From the NCBI GenBank assembly GCA_963727445.1, contig CAVSGI010000006.1, positions 730,617-794,616 of the forward strand: 64,000 nt of DNA. Direction: 5' to 3'. Positions 39,827 through 50,088 of this stretch are shown here, piece after piece (positions within the stretch are counted from its first letter, which is position 1; each line of letters opens with the position of its first letter). The notes below the pieces were generated by a model. It was not told the DNA's origin. It saw only the letters and a list, made by a program, of their open reading frames with translations, and did no database searches. The stretch comes from an uncultured delta proteobacterium. GTDB lineage: Bacteria > Myxococcota_A > Polyangia > Polyangiales > B10-G4. The translations under genes and the position numbers were made by a program.

Positions 39827-40600
39827 ATGAAACTCACCATCGACACCGAACAGAACCGGCTTGCGGTCGCCGAAAAGGCTGGTGAACGCGAGCTTCCCCT
39901 TTACTCCAAGGAAGCATTCGAGCTCCTTTCGCGCCTTTGGGTGAAGGTAGGATGGAATGAGAAGTACCCTTACACCTTCAGTTGGCTGGGCCGGCCGATC
40001 ATCCAACTTCCTGAAGACATGATTCGTTTGCAGGAGGTGATCTATCGCACCAAGCCGACAGTGATCGTCGAGACCGGGATCGCTCACGGCGGGTCCCTCG
40101 TCTATAGCGCATCGTTGCTCAACGCGATGGGTGTGGCGAACGGGCGTGTCATCGGGATCGATATCGAGATCCGCCCCCACAATCGCGCGGCGATCGAGGC
40201 GCATGAGCTCTTCGACGCCATTACGCTCATCGAAGGGGACTCGGTCGCGCCGGAGAACGTCGACAAGGTTCGCGAACGGGTGAACGAAGATGACCGGGTG
40301 CTTGTGGTCCTAGACTCCAACCACACCCTCGAGCACGTGGCGGCAGAGCTTGAGGCGTACCACTCACTGGTGACGGTCGGATCGTACATCGTCGCGACCG
40401 ACGGTGTCATGCAAGACGTTTTCGACGTTCCACGAGGGAAACCGGAGTGGAAGGACAATCATCCGAGCGCCGCGGCAATACAGTTCGCCGCAGCGCATCC
40501 CGAATTCGAGATTGAGCAGCCCGCGTGGCCCTTCAACGAGAGCGAGCTGTCACAGAACGTGACCCATTGGCCGAGCGCGTGGCTCCGCCGTGTCCGCTGA
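39827..40600 (+). CDS. CmcI-family protein (cephalosporin hydroxylase / sugar O-methyltransferase)
   Basis: YTFSWLGRPIIQLPED, IVETGIAHGGSL, VVLDSNHT..HV.AELEAY. Confidence 0.9.
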   Translation: MKLTIDTEQNRLAVAEKAGERELPLYSKEAFELLSRLWVKVGWNEKYPYTFSWLGRPIIQLPEDMIRLQEVIYRTKPTVIVETGIAHGGSLVYSASLLNAMGVANGRVIGIDIEIRPHNRAAIEAHELFDAITLIEGDSVAPENVDKVRERVNEDDRVLVVLDSNHTLEHVAAELEAYHSLVTVGSYIVATDGVMQDVFDVPRGKPEWKDNHPSAAAIQFAAAHPEFEIEQPAWPFNESELSQNVTHWPSAWLRRVR

Positions 40601-42146
40601 GCTCACGAAGGCGGAGCGGCGGCGGCATCACTGGCTTGCCCCCCCGCTTCCCAAAGCGACCGCGAAACTTCTTGGTGAGGAGCCTGCGCCCTTCGGGTGC
40701 AGCGAAGCCCGTCGCCCCGAGGGCCGCCAGTCCGACGGTCCCGATTGCGAACGCCTGAGATAGCCACGAACCCTGTGCGGGAATGACGAGCCAGCCGATC
40801 GTGACGACCACCGCCGAAGCCGCGGCTGGGCCGGCAGTGTCGTGTAGGTACCAGTGCCACCGCTCCCCCGGGCAGAGCCGGTTGAACATGAACTGCAGTG
40901 TGACCAGTACGTGCATCGCATTCACGCCCGCCCAAACCGCGGCCGCCCCGGGTGCGCCGAAGATGCTCACGGCGAGCGGTGCCGCAGGGAGCGCGACGAG
41001 CAGACCGATGAATGTGCTCACCTGACCGAGGGCGGTCCAACCGTGCGCGAGTTGCAGCGTGTAGGGAACGCCTTGCAGGCATTGCAGAGCCGCCGCGGCG
41101 GCGAGGAAGCGCAAGATAGGGGCCGACGATTGCACGGCGTCCGCGTCGCCGGTCCAGAGCCAGAGAACCTGTGGCGCGAAAGCGATGAGGGTGAGAGCCG
41201 GAGGCAGGACCAGGAGACTCACCAACTGCGAGCTACGGTGGAAGAGTCGGTGGGCGTTGTCGAAATCCTTCGCTGCAACAGCAGCAGCGAGTCGCGGGAA
41301 CACCGCCTGCGACACCGGAGTACGAACGCGGTAGAGGATGGCTGCACCAGCCACGGCCAGTGTGTAGAAGCCGAACTCCCGCAGCGGAACAAACTTACTG
41401 ACGACGACCTTGTCCAGTTGCGAAAGCAATGTGGCGAGGACGCTGGTGAGACTGACGCCTGCGGCGAAGCGCCAGACGCGCTTGAGCGCTGGTCGTGAGA
41501 ACGAAGGGCGTCGGGATGCTGGAGGCATGGCCCGACTCAATGCGCGGGCAATGAGATACGTGTTGAGCGCCGACGAGAAGGCTTGCCAGAGGAAGAACGC
41601 CTCGATGGTGGGGGAGACGAACGCGAGAATCGCCACTGACCCCCCGGCCCGAATCGTGGCGCAGGCAATGTTGATGGTCGCCGATTGGTCGTGGCGCTGA
41701 AGGCCGAACAGACCACCGTTGTAGAGTCTCCGAGGCCACTGAAGAGTGACGATGGCCCCGACCAGCATCACGGCGTGAGTGATCGTGGAGTCCGAGAGCT
41801 CCTCGGCCTCTACCCAGTAGCGTCCCCAAGGCGCGGCGACCACCAATGCGATTCCGAGGGCAATCCCCACGGCCCAGAAAACCGTACCGAGACTCCGAAC
41901 GAGGTCTCGCATCTTCTGGCCCGGATCCTCGGTCGTCGAGAGTACCGACAGCTCTCGGTTGAGAGTGGTCGACATGCCGAAGTCCAGGAACCTCAACATT
42001 CCCTGAACAATCGAGTACAGGCCCACCAACCCATACGCTTCGAACCCGAGGTAGTGGATGTAGAGAGGGACCGCCACTACGGAGACGACAGAGCCCCAAA
42101 TGTTGCTCGCGAATCCCGCGGATATGTTGCGGACTATTCGGCTCAT
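40533..42146 (-). CDS. wzx: Wzx-type polysaccharide flippase
   Basis: About 12 hydrophobic segments. PLYIHYLGFEAYGLVG, LDFG, QLDKVVVSK...FGFYTLA, FPRL. Confidence 0.9.
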   Translation of the reverse strand: MSRIVRNISAGFASNIWGSVVSVVAVPLYIHYLGFEAYGLVGLYSIVQGMLRFLDFGMSTTLNRELSVLSTTEDPGQKMRDLVRSLGTVFWAVGIALGIALVVAAPWGRYWVEAEELSDSTITHAVMLVGAIVTLQWPRRLYNGGLFGLQRHDQSATINIACATIRAGGSVAILAFVSPTIEAFFLWQAFSSALNTYLIARALSRAMPPASRRPSFSRPALKRVWRFAAGVSLTSVLATLLSQLDKVVVSKFVPLREFGFYTLAVAGAAILYRVRTPVSQAVFPRLAAAVAAKDFDNAHRLFHRSSQLVSLLVLPPALTLIAFAPQVLWLWTGDADAVQSSAPILRFLAAAAALQCLQGVPYTLQLAHGWTALGQVSTFIGLLVALPAAPLAVSIFGAPGAAAVWAGVNAMHVLVTLQFMFNRLCPGERWHWYLHDTAGPAAASAVVVTIGWLVIPAQGSWLSQAFAIGTVGLAALGATGFAAPEGRRLLTKKFRGRFGKRGGKPVMPPPLRLRELSGHGGATRSANGSRSVTARSR

Positions 42147-42234
42147 CGGCGTCGAACGGTCAGATTGACCCCGTACCGGACGGACTCTAGTTTGGGCCCG
42201 ATGCCGGTGCACGCGGGAAGGGAAGAGAAGAACC

Positions 42235-43145
42235 GTGAAGCGTAACTGGGAGAAGATTCGGGGAAGGTTCGAGCACCAAGTCGTGCACGCCATGAAGCGG
42301 AGCTGGCGGCCGGCGTCGACGGTGTGGTGGCGCAGCCTCTATTTTCACCACATCGGGAAAACGGCTGGGACGAGCTACACTCAGTTTTTCGACTCCCACG
42401 TGCCGGTCGCGCAGCGATGCCCGTTTCAAGGCCCGCACGAGAAGCTCCTGAACAGATCCCTCACGTCGTACACGCTTTTTCGGGGACACTTCCCGTTCGC
42501 TTTCTCAACGCTCCTGCCACAGCCCTGCGCCATCGTCACGACGCTCCGGGAGCCGCGGGGACACCTGATGTCCATCTTCAACCATTTGATGCGGACCGAC
42601 GGCCGGCACATTCATCTGGCCCACCGAAATCGGAGGCCACTTCAGGACTTCGATGACTTCCTTGGAGATTCGACCCTCCGCGCTCGCATGACGAACGTCC
42701 AGACGGTCTCCATGGGCTGGGATCTGGGATAGGGGATTTGGTCGCCGAGATGAGGCGGGTGAAGTCGGGCAACTGGAGAGACACTGAAGCCCCCGGTGTC
42801 GAGGCAGCTCAGTATCTGCTCTACGGCCCCGTTGATCTCGACCGACGATCCAATGCGCTGCTAATGCGGGCCAAGGATCGGCTCGCCAACGAATGCGCAT
42901 GTTTTGGCCTGGTCGAACAACCAGAGCGCTCGATTGACTACGTCGCGAGCTGTCTGGGGCTGCCAAGAGCAACTCCGCTAGCGCACAAGAACCGTGCCAG
43001 CGATAGGAGAGCAGGTGCCCCCCTGTGCTTCGACGACCTCACGCCTGGACAGCAGGAAGAGGTTGACGGTTTGACGCACCTGGACATGGAGCTGTACCAC
43101 CACGCCAAGCGGCTCTTCGAAGTCCGAATTCGACCTGCAAGGTGA
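42235..43145 (+). CDS. PAPS-dependent sulfotransferase, one frameshift near 42727
   Basis: 5'-PSB loop FHHIGKTAGTS, GHF, 3'-PB TLREP...S. C-terminal FGLVE...LDMELY..AK..F in the next frame. Confidence 0.8.
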
Positions 43146-43227
43146 ATATCGGAGTCGGGGTCGGCAACGGACGTATGGGCAGGAAAGTATCCTATAAATT
43201 CTCAAGAGTTGAGCGGCCACTGCAGCA

Positions 43228-43255
43228 TTGACAGGGCAATGCTCAAAGCTATACT
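43228..43255 (+). promoter_or_regulatory. Near-consensus sigma70 promoter
   Basis: TTGACA-N16-TATACT followed by a GGGAGGG RBS. Confidence 0.7.
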
Positions 43256-43285
43256 CGCGGTCTCGGTAGGGAGGGACGTTTGTCG

Positions 43286-43870
43286 ATGAGTGTGAAACGT
43301 CTGCTTATAGGCCTCGTGGGCTGTGCGGCACTTTTGACCGGTGGGCTCGCGCTCGCTCAGGAGGGCATGTCGTCGTCGTCCAGCGACGAGGGTGAGGTAG
43401 ATGTGCGGCAGCGCGCAAACCTGACCGGACCCGAGCAGCTTGCTGAGGCGGAGGCGACCCAGCAGCGGGGAACGCAGATTAGTCGTCGCATTCAGACGAT
43501 GCTGGACGAGGCGAGGCGAGAGCGAGACATCATCCGAGTCACGTGCCTGAACGACAAGCTCACCCAGACCAATGCGAATCTACGAACCTTGAATGACCGT
43601 GTGGAGAACCTACAAGAGGCCGTTCAAGGGGAAGATACGAGTCGCCGAAATCACGAGTACACGGTGGTGACGGTCCTTGCTCAGAAGTTCAATACCTTGG
43701 AGCAGGAAGCGAACCAGTGTATCGGCCAGGATCTCTATGAAACAGGCGCAACTCGTGTCGTGACTACCGTTGATCCTGGGACTCCCGACGAAGATCCCAC
43801 CCGCGTCACAGAAGTTGGTGAGGAGATCACGGTTCCTTTCATCCCCCCGCCGGCTAGTCCCTCTATTTGA
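43286..43870 (+). CDS. Secreted helical protein with two Cys and a Pro-rich tail
   Basis: Signal peptide ending LALA, ARRERDIIRVTCLNDKL...EANQCIG. First gene of the export unit. Confidence 0.8.
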   Translation: MSVKRLLIGLVGCAALLTGGLALAQEGMSSSSSDEGEVDVRQRANLTGPEQLAEAEATQQRGTQISRRIQTMLDEARRERDIIRVTCLNDKLTQTNANLRTLNDRVENLQEAVQGEDTSRRNHEYTVVTVLAQKFNTLEQEANQCIGQDLYETGATRVVTTVDPGTPDEDPTRVTEVGEEITVPFIPPPASPSI

Positions 43871-43935
43871 GCCAAGAAGAGCTGTTGCGCCTTGGGGGTG
43901 GCAGTCCCGGCCCCCGTTGAACCACCCGGGAAAGA

Positions 43936-45249
43936 ATGTTCTTGTCCAATAAATTCGCTTGGCTCAGCTGCGCCGCGGTGTTGGTTGCGCTCCTACTGCC
44001 GAGCCGCGCTGATGCGCAAGGCTGGCTCGAAGACAGATCTCGTGCCGAAGGCCCGGGATTTCGCGTCGGCAACCTCGAGCTCCATCCAGGTGTGGGAGCC
44101 GAGATCGGCTACGACAACAACGTCTTCTATTCAGAAAACCCCGTAGGAAGCGCGCTTCTACGCGTCACCCCACACCTTTATCTTTCCACGCTCGGAGAGC
44201 AGCGCACCGAGGACTCGGACGAGGAGCCGGAGCCGCCCACCGTGAAGTTCCAGATGGGCCTGCATGGGTCGCTCTATCATTACTTTGCAACGTCTGCGCG
44301 GACAGACGTCGGGATCGCGGGAGACGTCAGACTGGACATTCTCCCCGAGCGTCCATTCTCCATCAGCGTGTTCGATACCCTGGCGCGCAACGTGCGCCCA
44401 TTTACCGAGTCTGGCGCGGCAAACAACAATTACGCTCGCATTCGGAATGATGCTGGGATCGAGCTGGGTTTCCAGTCGAGGGGCGGTGTCCTGAGCGGTC
44501 ACGTTGGCTACACCTTCGGTCTCGACTATTTTGAGGGTGCCACTTTTCAGTACGCGAACGCATTCACGCACAACATCAATGCTGGTGCAGCCTGGAAGTT
44601 CTTGCCGCAGACGGCGCTTCTCTACGACTCCAGAACGGAAATCACAAACTATACGAGCACAGCGGCCGCTCCCGTGCTTCGTTCCGATCAGGTGCGCCTG
44701 CGAAACCGCATCGGGGTGAACGGAGCGCTGACGAACAACATTTCGGCGTTGGTGATGATTGGTCACGCAGCAGGCTTCTACCAACTCGGCGATGACTACG
44801 ACGACCTGGTCGCACAAGCTGAGTTGCGATTCACACCTTCTGAAACCCTCAAGTTGGCCATTGGGTACGACCGTGATGTCCAGCGTTCGACGATTGGCAA
44901 TTTCTTCCGCCGGGATCGCGGATACGTCAGCTTTCAGGCACTCATCTCGGGCATGATCCTCGTCGGCATCGAAGGTGGTGTTGGCTACTATGACTTCGGG
45001 GCGGCACTCGACGCCGCAGGCAACCCGCTTGGAGCAGGCATGGTTTCTTCTCGATCCGACATTCGAGTCGACGCCAGCCTGTATGCCGAGTGGCGACTCC
45101 AGGACTGGCTGGCTATCACCGGGCAGCTTGGATACCTCGGAGATTTTACCGATTTCCAGTTCAACAGGACCGTCATGGGCTCGACCGTCATCGACCCCGC
45201 AGGGTTCAACAAGTTTCAAGCGTGGGCGGGCGTTCGCGCGTTCTATTAG
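43936..45249 (+). CDS. Outer-membrane beta-barrel polysaccharide porin (Wzp/EpsX-like)
   Basis: Signal peptide, LHPGVGAEIGYDNNVF, alternating beta-strands, C-terminal VRAFY. Adjacent to the OPX gene. Confidence 0.82.
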   Translation: MFLSNKFAWLSCAAVLVALLLPSRADAQGWLEDRSRAEGPGFRVGNLELHPGVGAEIGYDNNVFYSENPVGSALLRVTPHLYLSTLGEQRTEDSDEEPEPPTVKFQMGLHGSLYHYFATSARTDVGIAGDVRLDILPERPFSISVFDTLARNVRPFTESGAANNNYARIRNDAGIELGFQSRGGVLSGHVGYTFGLDYFEGATFQYANAFTHNINAGAAWKFLPQTALLYDSRTEITNYTSTAAAPVLRSDQVRLRNRIGVNGALTNNISALVMIGHAAGFYQLGDDYDDLVAQAELRFTPSETLKLAIGYDRDVQRSTIGNFFRRDRGYVSFQALISGMILVGIEGGVGYYDFGAALDAAGNPLGAGMVSSRSDIRVDASLYAEWRLQDWLAITGQLGYLGDFTDFQFNRTVMGSTVIDPAGFNKFQAWAGVRAFY

Positions 45250-45815
45250 GGCTCTTTGCGACCTCGCTGGTCTGGGGATGCGGTGGCAACGCCCCGCGCA
45301 CCTCGGTGCCCGCGCCGATCGCCGACACGACCCTGGGAAACGGTGACGTCTTCGACGTCAGCGTTTACGACGAAGAGGAGCTCTCCGGGAGCTATCGAGT
45401 CGATGACAACGGTTCGATAGACTTTCCCCTCATCGGTCGTGTGCAGGTCGACGGGCTCGAGCCCTCCGATGTCGCGAGCCTTCTCGCACAGCTGCTCCGT
45501 GATGGGGAGTTCTTGCGGGATCCACATGTTTCCGTGTTCGTGCAGGAGTACAACTCCAAGCGTGTCGCGGTTCTCGGCGCCGTTCAGCGCCCAGGAAACC
45601 TTTCCTTTGCCCCAGGCATGACTGTCGTTCAGGCGATCAGTCAGGCAGGTGGTTTTACTCCCCTGGCAAGCAAGAACAAGGTGACTCTGAGCCGTCGGGT
45701 GGAGGGCACGCTTCGGCGTTTCGAGGTGCGCGCCGATGACGTCACCCGCGGCGAGTCGGAGGACCCTCGCGTCCAGCCCGGAGACATCATCTTCGTTCCC
45801 GAACGGGTCTTCTGA
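45222..45815 (+). CDS. wza: Short OPX polysaccharide export lipoprotein (Poly_export + one SLBB, no C-terminal helix)
   Basis: Lipobox VWGC, LGNGDVFDVSVY...GSIDFPLIG, AISQAGGF, ends PGDIIFVPERVF. Confidence 0.9.
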   Translation: MGGRSRVLLGLFATSLVWGCGGNAPRTSVPAPIADTTLGNGDVFDVSVYDEEELSGSYRVDDNGSIDFPLIGRVQVDGLEPSDVASLLAQLLRDGEFLRDPHVSVFVQEYNSKRVAVLGAVQRPGNLSFAPGMTVVQAISQAGGFTPLASKNKVTLSRRVEGTLRRFEVRADDVTRGESEDPRVQPGDIIFVPERVF

Positions 45816-46537
45816 TGCCTCCCAGGGGCCGTAGGGTAATCGCAATCGTGCCGGCCCGTGGGGGCTCGAAGGGCGTTCCCCGTAAGAACATTCGTCCGCT
45901 TGCGGGACGTCCCCTGCTCGCCTACTCGGTGGATGCAGCACGAGGAGCAGAGTCGGTAGATGTATTGGTGGTATCGACCGAGGATGCGGAAATTGCGTCC
46001 GTCGCGAAGGAGCTCGGGGTGGAGACCATCACACGGCCGCCCGACCTGGCAGGGGATGACACGCCGACCCTTCCCGTCGTCCAGCACGTCCTCGACGTCG
46101 TCGAGGCCCGCGAGGGGCGCTTCGACTACGTGTTGGTCCTGCAGCCGACCAGCCCCCTGCGAACAGCGGCCGACATCGATCACGCGGTTCAGCTTCTCGA
46201 CGAGTCGGGAGCCGAGTCGGTGATCAGCATCGTCCGGATTCAAGACGCTCATCCGGCTCGCGTGAAGAAGATCGTCAATGGGCGACTGGAAGCGTTCTGC
46301 ATTCCCGAGGAGGAGACGTCTCGCCGACAGGACTTGGAGCCGGCGTATCTCCGAAACGGCGCCATCTACCTCTGCCGACGATCGGTCGTCGAAGCGGGTT
46401 CCCTTCGTGGCATGGACCAATGTCCGTACGAGATGCCCGCCGAGCGATCGGTGAACATCGACGAACCGATTGACTTCGTCCTCTGCGAGGCCCTGATGCG
46501 TCAACACGGTGGCCAAACGGGTCCCGGACTTGAGTAG
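45815..46537 (+). CDS. neuA: Acylneuraminate (nonulosonate) cytidylyltransferase
   Basis: PARGGSKGVPRKNIR, VSTED, LQPTSPLR, NGAIY, SVNID. Confidence 0.93.
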   Translation: MPPRGRRVIAIVPARGGSKGVPRKNIRPLAGRPLLAYSVDAARGAESVDVLVVSTEDAEIASVAKELGVETITRPPDLAGDDTPTLPVVQHVLDVVEAREGRFDYVLVLQPTSPLRTAADIDHAVQLLDESGAESVISIVRIQDAHPARVKKIVNGRLEAFCIPEEETSRRQDLEPAYLRNGAIYLCRRSVVEAGSLRGMDQCPYEMPAERSVNIDEPIDFVLCEALMRQHGGQTGPGLE

Positions 46538-47949
46538 AGTCGCCTGCTACCTGATTCCCCACGGCTTCTCGGCGCGGATGGTCCTCCACTCGCAGCTCGT
46601 GCCCGAGATGCGGAATCGGGGTATCCGTGTCGTGGTAGTCAGTCCCGATGCAAACGAACCCTCGATGGAAGAGGAGTGCGCGAGGCTCGGAGTCAAAGCC
46701 GTCGCTCCGCCGATTCGGGCGGGACGGATTGAGAACGTCGTCTTTCAAAGGCTGCAGCGATACCTCTTCGAGGACGTCGCCGGTAATCCCGCGCTTCGCG
46801 CCAAGTACCTTCGAGAGATCCACGGCGAGTCGAGCACTATGGCGTGGATGGCGCGAGGGCTGTACTGGCCCAATCGAGTGGCGCTCCGATGGCCAGGGTT
46901 GGGACGCGCGGCGGATCGCGCTCTAACACAGCCTCCTGAGCCGAACAGCCATCGCGGAGACGCTGGGCGCCATCGGCCCCGATCCTGGTGATCGCGACAT
47001 ATCCCGTTGCTTTCATCGAGGCCGCGTTTCTCGGGGTTGCCCGCGAGATGGGGCTCTCGACGGCAATCCACCTGCTCAGTTGGGACAACATCACATGCAA
47101 GGGACGGTTTCCTTCCCTGGCCGACGACTACATCGCTTGGGGCCCGGTGATGTGTTCCGAGCTCGAAGAGTACTACGGCGTCCAGCCGGACCACGTCCAC
47201 GAGTGCGGCGTGCCACATTTCGACCTCCATGCGCGGCCGCTCGACAGGGTGGCGCTCGGCGCGGCACTCGAGGCTCTGACCCTCGACCCGGAGCTCCCCT
47301 ACTTGTTCTTCGGTATGAGCTCGCCCGTGTTCGCTCCGAACGAAATTGACATCGTGGAATGGCTCGCGGACGCGGTGTGCGAAGGACGCTTCGGGGCCGA
47401 CATGCAGCTGCTGGTCGTCCGCACCCTCAAAACGTGCAGGGAGGCATGGCCGACGCGTCATGGTTGCCACGCATCGACGCTCTTGCGAAACGACCCAGAG
47501 TCGGTGTCGACTACCCAGCCGTCAGGCCGAGCCAACTCGCGTGGAACATGGCGCGGGACGATGTTTCCCATCTCAGCACGCTGTTGCGAGGCTGTGCCGT
47601 CTCGTTGAACTCGGGCTCGACGCTCTCCATCGATGCGCTTCGATGCGGTCGCCCCGTCATCCTCACTCCTTTTGACGCTGCCGCGCGGCATCCGTGGTGG
47701 ATGTCGGCACAACGGTTGCCGGAGTATATTCATCTGTCGAAGCTAATCGACGGAGGTGGCGTGCGAGTGGCTGGCAGCTTTGGCGCACTCGAGTCTGCGA
47801 TCTCAGCCTATCTCGCAAACCCCGATCTCGACTTCGAAGCCAGGCAGCGAACAGCGGTCGAGTTCTGCGGTCCCATGGACGGCCTGGCTTCTTCCAGAGT
47901 CGCGGACGCCGTGGAGCATCTCCTGGGCGGTCACTCCTCCATGGAGTAG
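46530..47949 (+). CDS. GT-B protein related to CDP-glycerol glycerophosphotransferase/capsule proteins, frameshifted
   Basis: Three overlapping ORF pieces: SWDNITCKG, G.PHFD, RPHP, STLSIDA, DG.ASSRVA. Confidence 0.65.
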
Positions 47950-50076
47950 AAAGCCACCCCTTCTCGAATGCTGCGGGCGGCCATCAAGGAAGCCCACGTC
48001 ACTGAGTGGATGTGTTTCCAGGGGATTGGCGGGGCGCCGTCGCGTCGCACCGCTCGAATGAACCGCTCGGTCTCCGTCGCGTGGCCCTTGTCCTTCTTGC
48101 CGCGGAGCTTCCGGTGGCCGCTCGCGTCCCAGACCTCGACGTCTCCGAAGTCGTCGCAGATGCCGGTTTTCCCGTCCCCGAACACCTCAATCCGCTCCTT
48201 GGGGCCGGACCGGGCCCCTCCAGCCTGGTAGGCGACTGAGGACACCGAGCCGTTGGCGTGCCTCATCGTGATGAACACGCGATCGGCTGTGGGTGAGTTC
48301 GGAGAAGAGGCGTCCAGCGACTCTGCATAGACCTTCACCGCAGGGCTGTCGGCAATCGCGGTGCACACGTCGATCGCGTGACAAGCTTCTCCTACCAAGC
48401 GTCCACCGCCGACCTCCTCATCGTGTACCCAGGAGTTAGATGGGAGCTCCGAAGTCAGCATTCGCATCTGGATGGCCAACGGACGAATTCCACGAAACTC
48501 CTCGTAGAGGGCCTGCGTTGCGCGGGCAAATCGCCGATTGAATCCCACCATGACGATGGGGGCTTCCGAGCCGAGCGCACTCACTCGTCGATCGATTCTT
48601 GCGAGCTCCTCTTCGGTGATGGCCAGCGGCTTCTCGACGAAAACATGCTTTCCGAGGTCGAGCGCTCTCTCTACCGTTTGAGCGTGGAGATTGTGGCGAG
48701 TGAGTACGAAGACGGCATCCGTGTCTTCGTCTTCGAGCACTTCTTCAGCGTCGGTGCAAGCGTAAGCAAACCCCGACGCACCCCCGGTGACAGCAGCCGA
48801 CAGGCCGCGTGCGGAACAGATGCCTCGTAGCTCCACTTCGGGGAGTGAGCGCACGCCAGGAAGCATCACCAGTCGCGCGAAGTTTCCAACGCCGATGACG
48901 CCGACTCCGACCTTGCCTCGGGGCTTCCGGCGATTGTGAAGCTCGGTTCGGCGTTGTTCAGCGGCGTCGGTGCCTTCGGCGTAGGACAGAAGCACACCGC
49001 AGAGCTCCTCGTGGCCTTCCATGATCAGGTCATAGGCCCGCTCGGCGGACTCGATCGGGAATGTATGCGTCGTGAGCTCTTCGACAGGCAGCTTTCCTCC
49101 GGCCATCAGCTCGAGGACTGCGGACATGTTGCGCTGAGCAGTCCATCGCGCGTGGCCAATCGGATAGTCCACGCCGCGCTCGGCGTACACCGGGTCGCAT
49201 GACCAGGGCCCAGAGAGGACGAGATGGTGAACTCGAGCTCCTTTGCGTAAAAGGGAGGCCGCGGGATGTTCAGCCCGGCAACTCCGACGAGGACGATGCG
49301 CCCTTTCGGCCGGCAGACGTCGGCGGCGAGCTCGATGGGGCCGTTGTCGTCGGTGGCGGCGGCGATGAGTACGGCATCCACTCCGTGGTCCCCTGCGAAC
49401 CGTCGCACCGCGGCGGGATTGGAGGCGAGGCCCACTTCGTCGGCTCCCATCCTCTGGGCGCGGTCCAAAGCCGCAGGGTTCACGTCGGTGCCCATCACTT
49501 TGCAGCCGTTGGCTCTTGCGAGCGCCACTGCAATCTGGCCGACGAGCCCGAGGCCGATGACCAGAACACGGCTCCCCAGTGTCAACTTCGCCTGGCGGAC
49601 ACCCTGCATGGCGATTGCGCCAAGCGGACGTGTAGGCGGCGTGCTCGAAGGGTACCGAATCGGGGACGGTAGCGCAGAGACGCTGTCCCGTAGAGGTGAC
49701 GGCGGCGTGAGGGCCGGCGACGGCTACACAATCGCCGGGCTTGAAGGCGTCCACTCCGCGACCCACGGCGACGACGACGCCGGATGACGAGTATCCGAGG
49801 GGCATGGGCTCGCCGAGCTTGGCCCGCACTTGCGTGAGAGTGGGGAGAATCCCTTCTTGGCGGAACTTCTGCAGTACACGCTGCACGTGGTCCGGCCGCG
49901 CCTTCGCCTTTCCCAGAAGGCTCTTGCGCGCCAGGTCCACGACGTAGCGCTCAGTGCCAGCGGAAATCGGAGACGAGACCGTGGCAACGATGACGGAGTG
50001 AGGTGTCGCCACGGGAGCGGGCACCTCGACAACTTCGGTGCGTCCATGCCGGGGTCTCTTGCACGACCTGCTTCAT
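47931..50076 (-). CDS. Bi-domain oxidoreductase (MDR + Gfo/Idh/MocA), frameshifted
   Basis: MKQVVQ start after AAAGGA, ISAGTE, PLGYSSSG, VIGLGLVGQ, GVIGVGNFA, HVFVEKPLA, MVGFNRRF. Confidence 0.88.
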
Positions 50077-50088
50077 CGTCATCCTTTC

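Noticed and set aside
39827..40600. Cephalosporin or antibiotic biosynthesis cluster
   Set aside because: No NRPS/PKS or beta-lactam genes are present. The context is surface polysaccharide.
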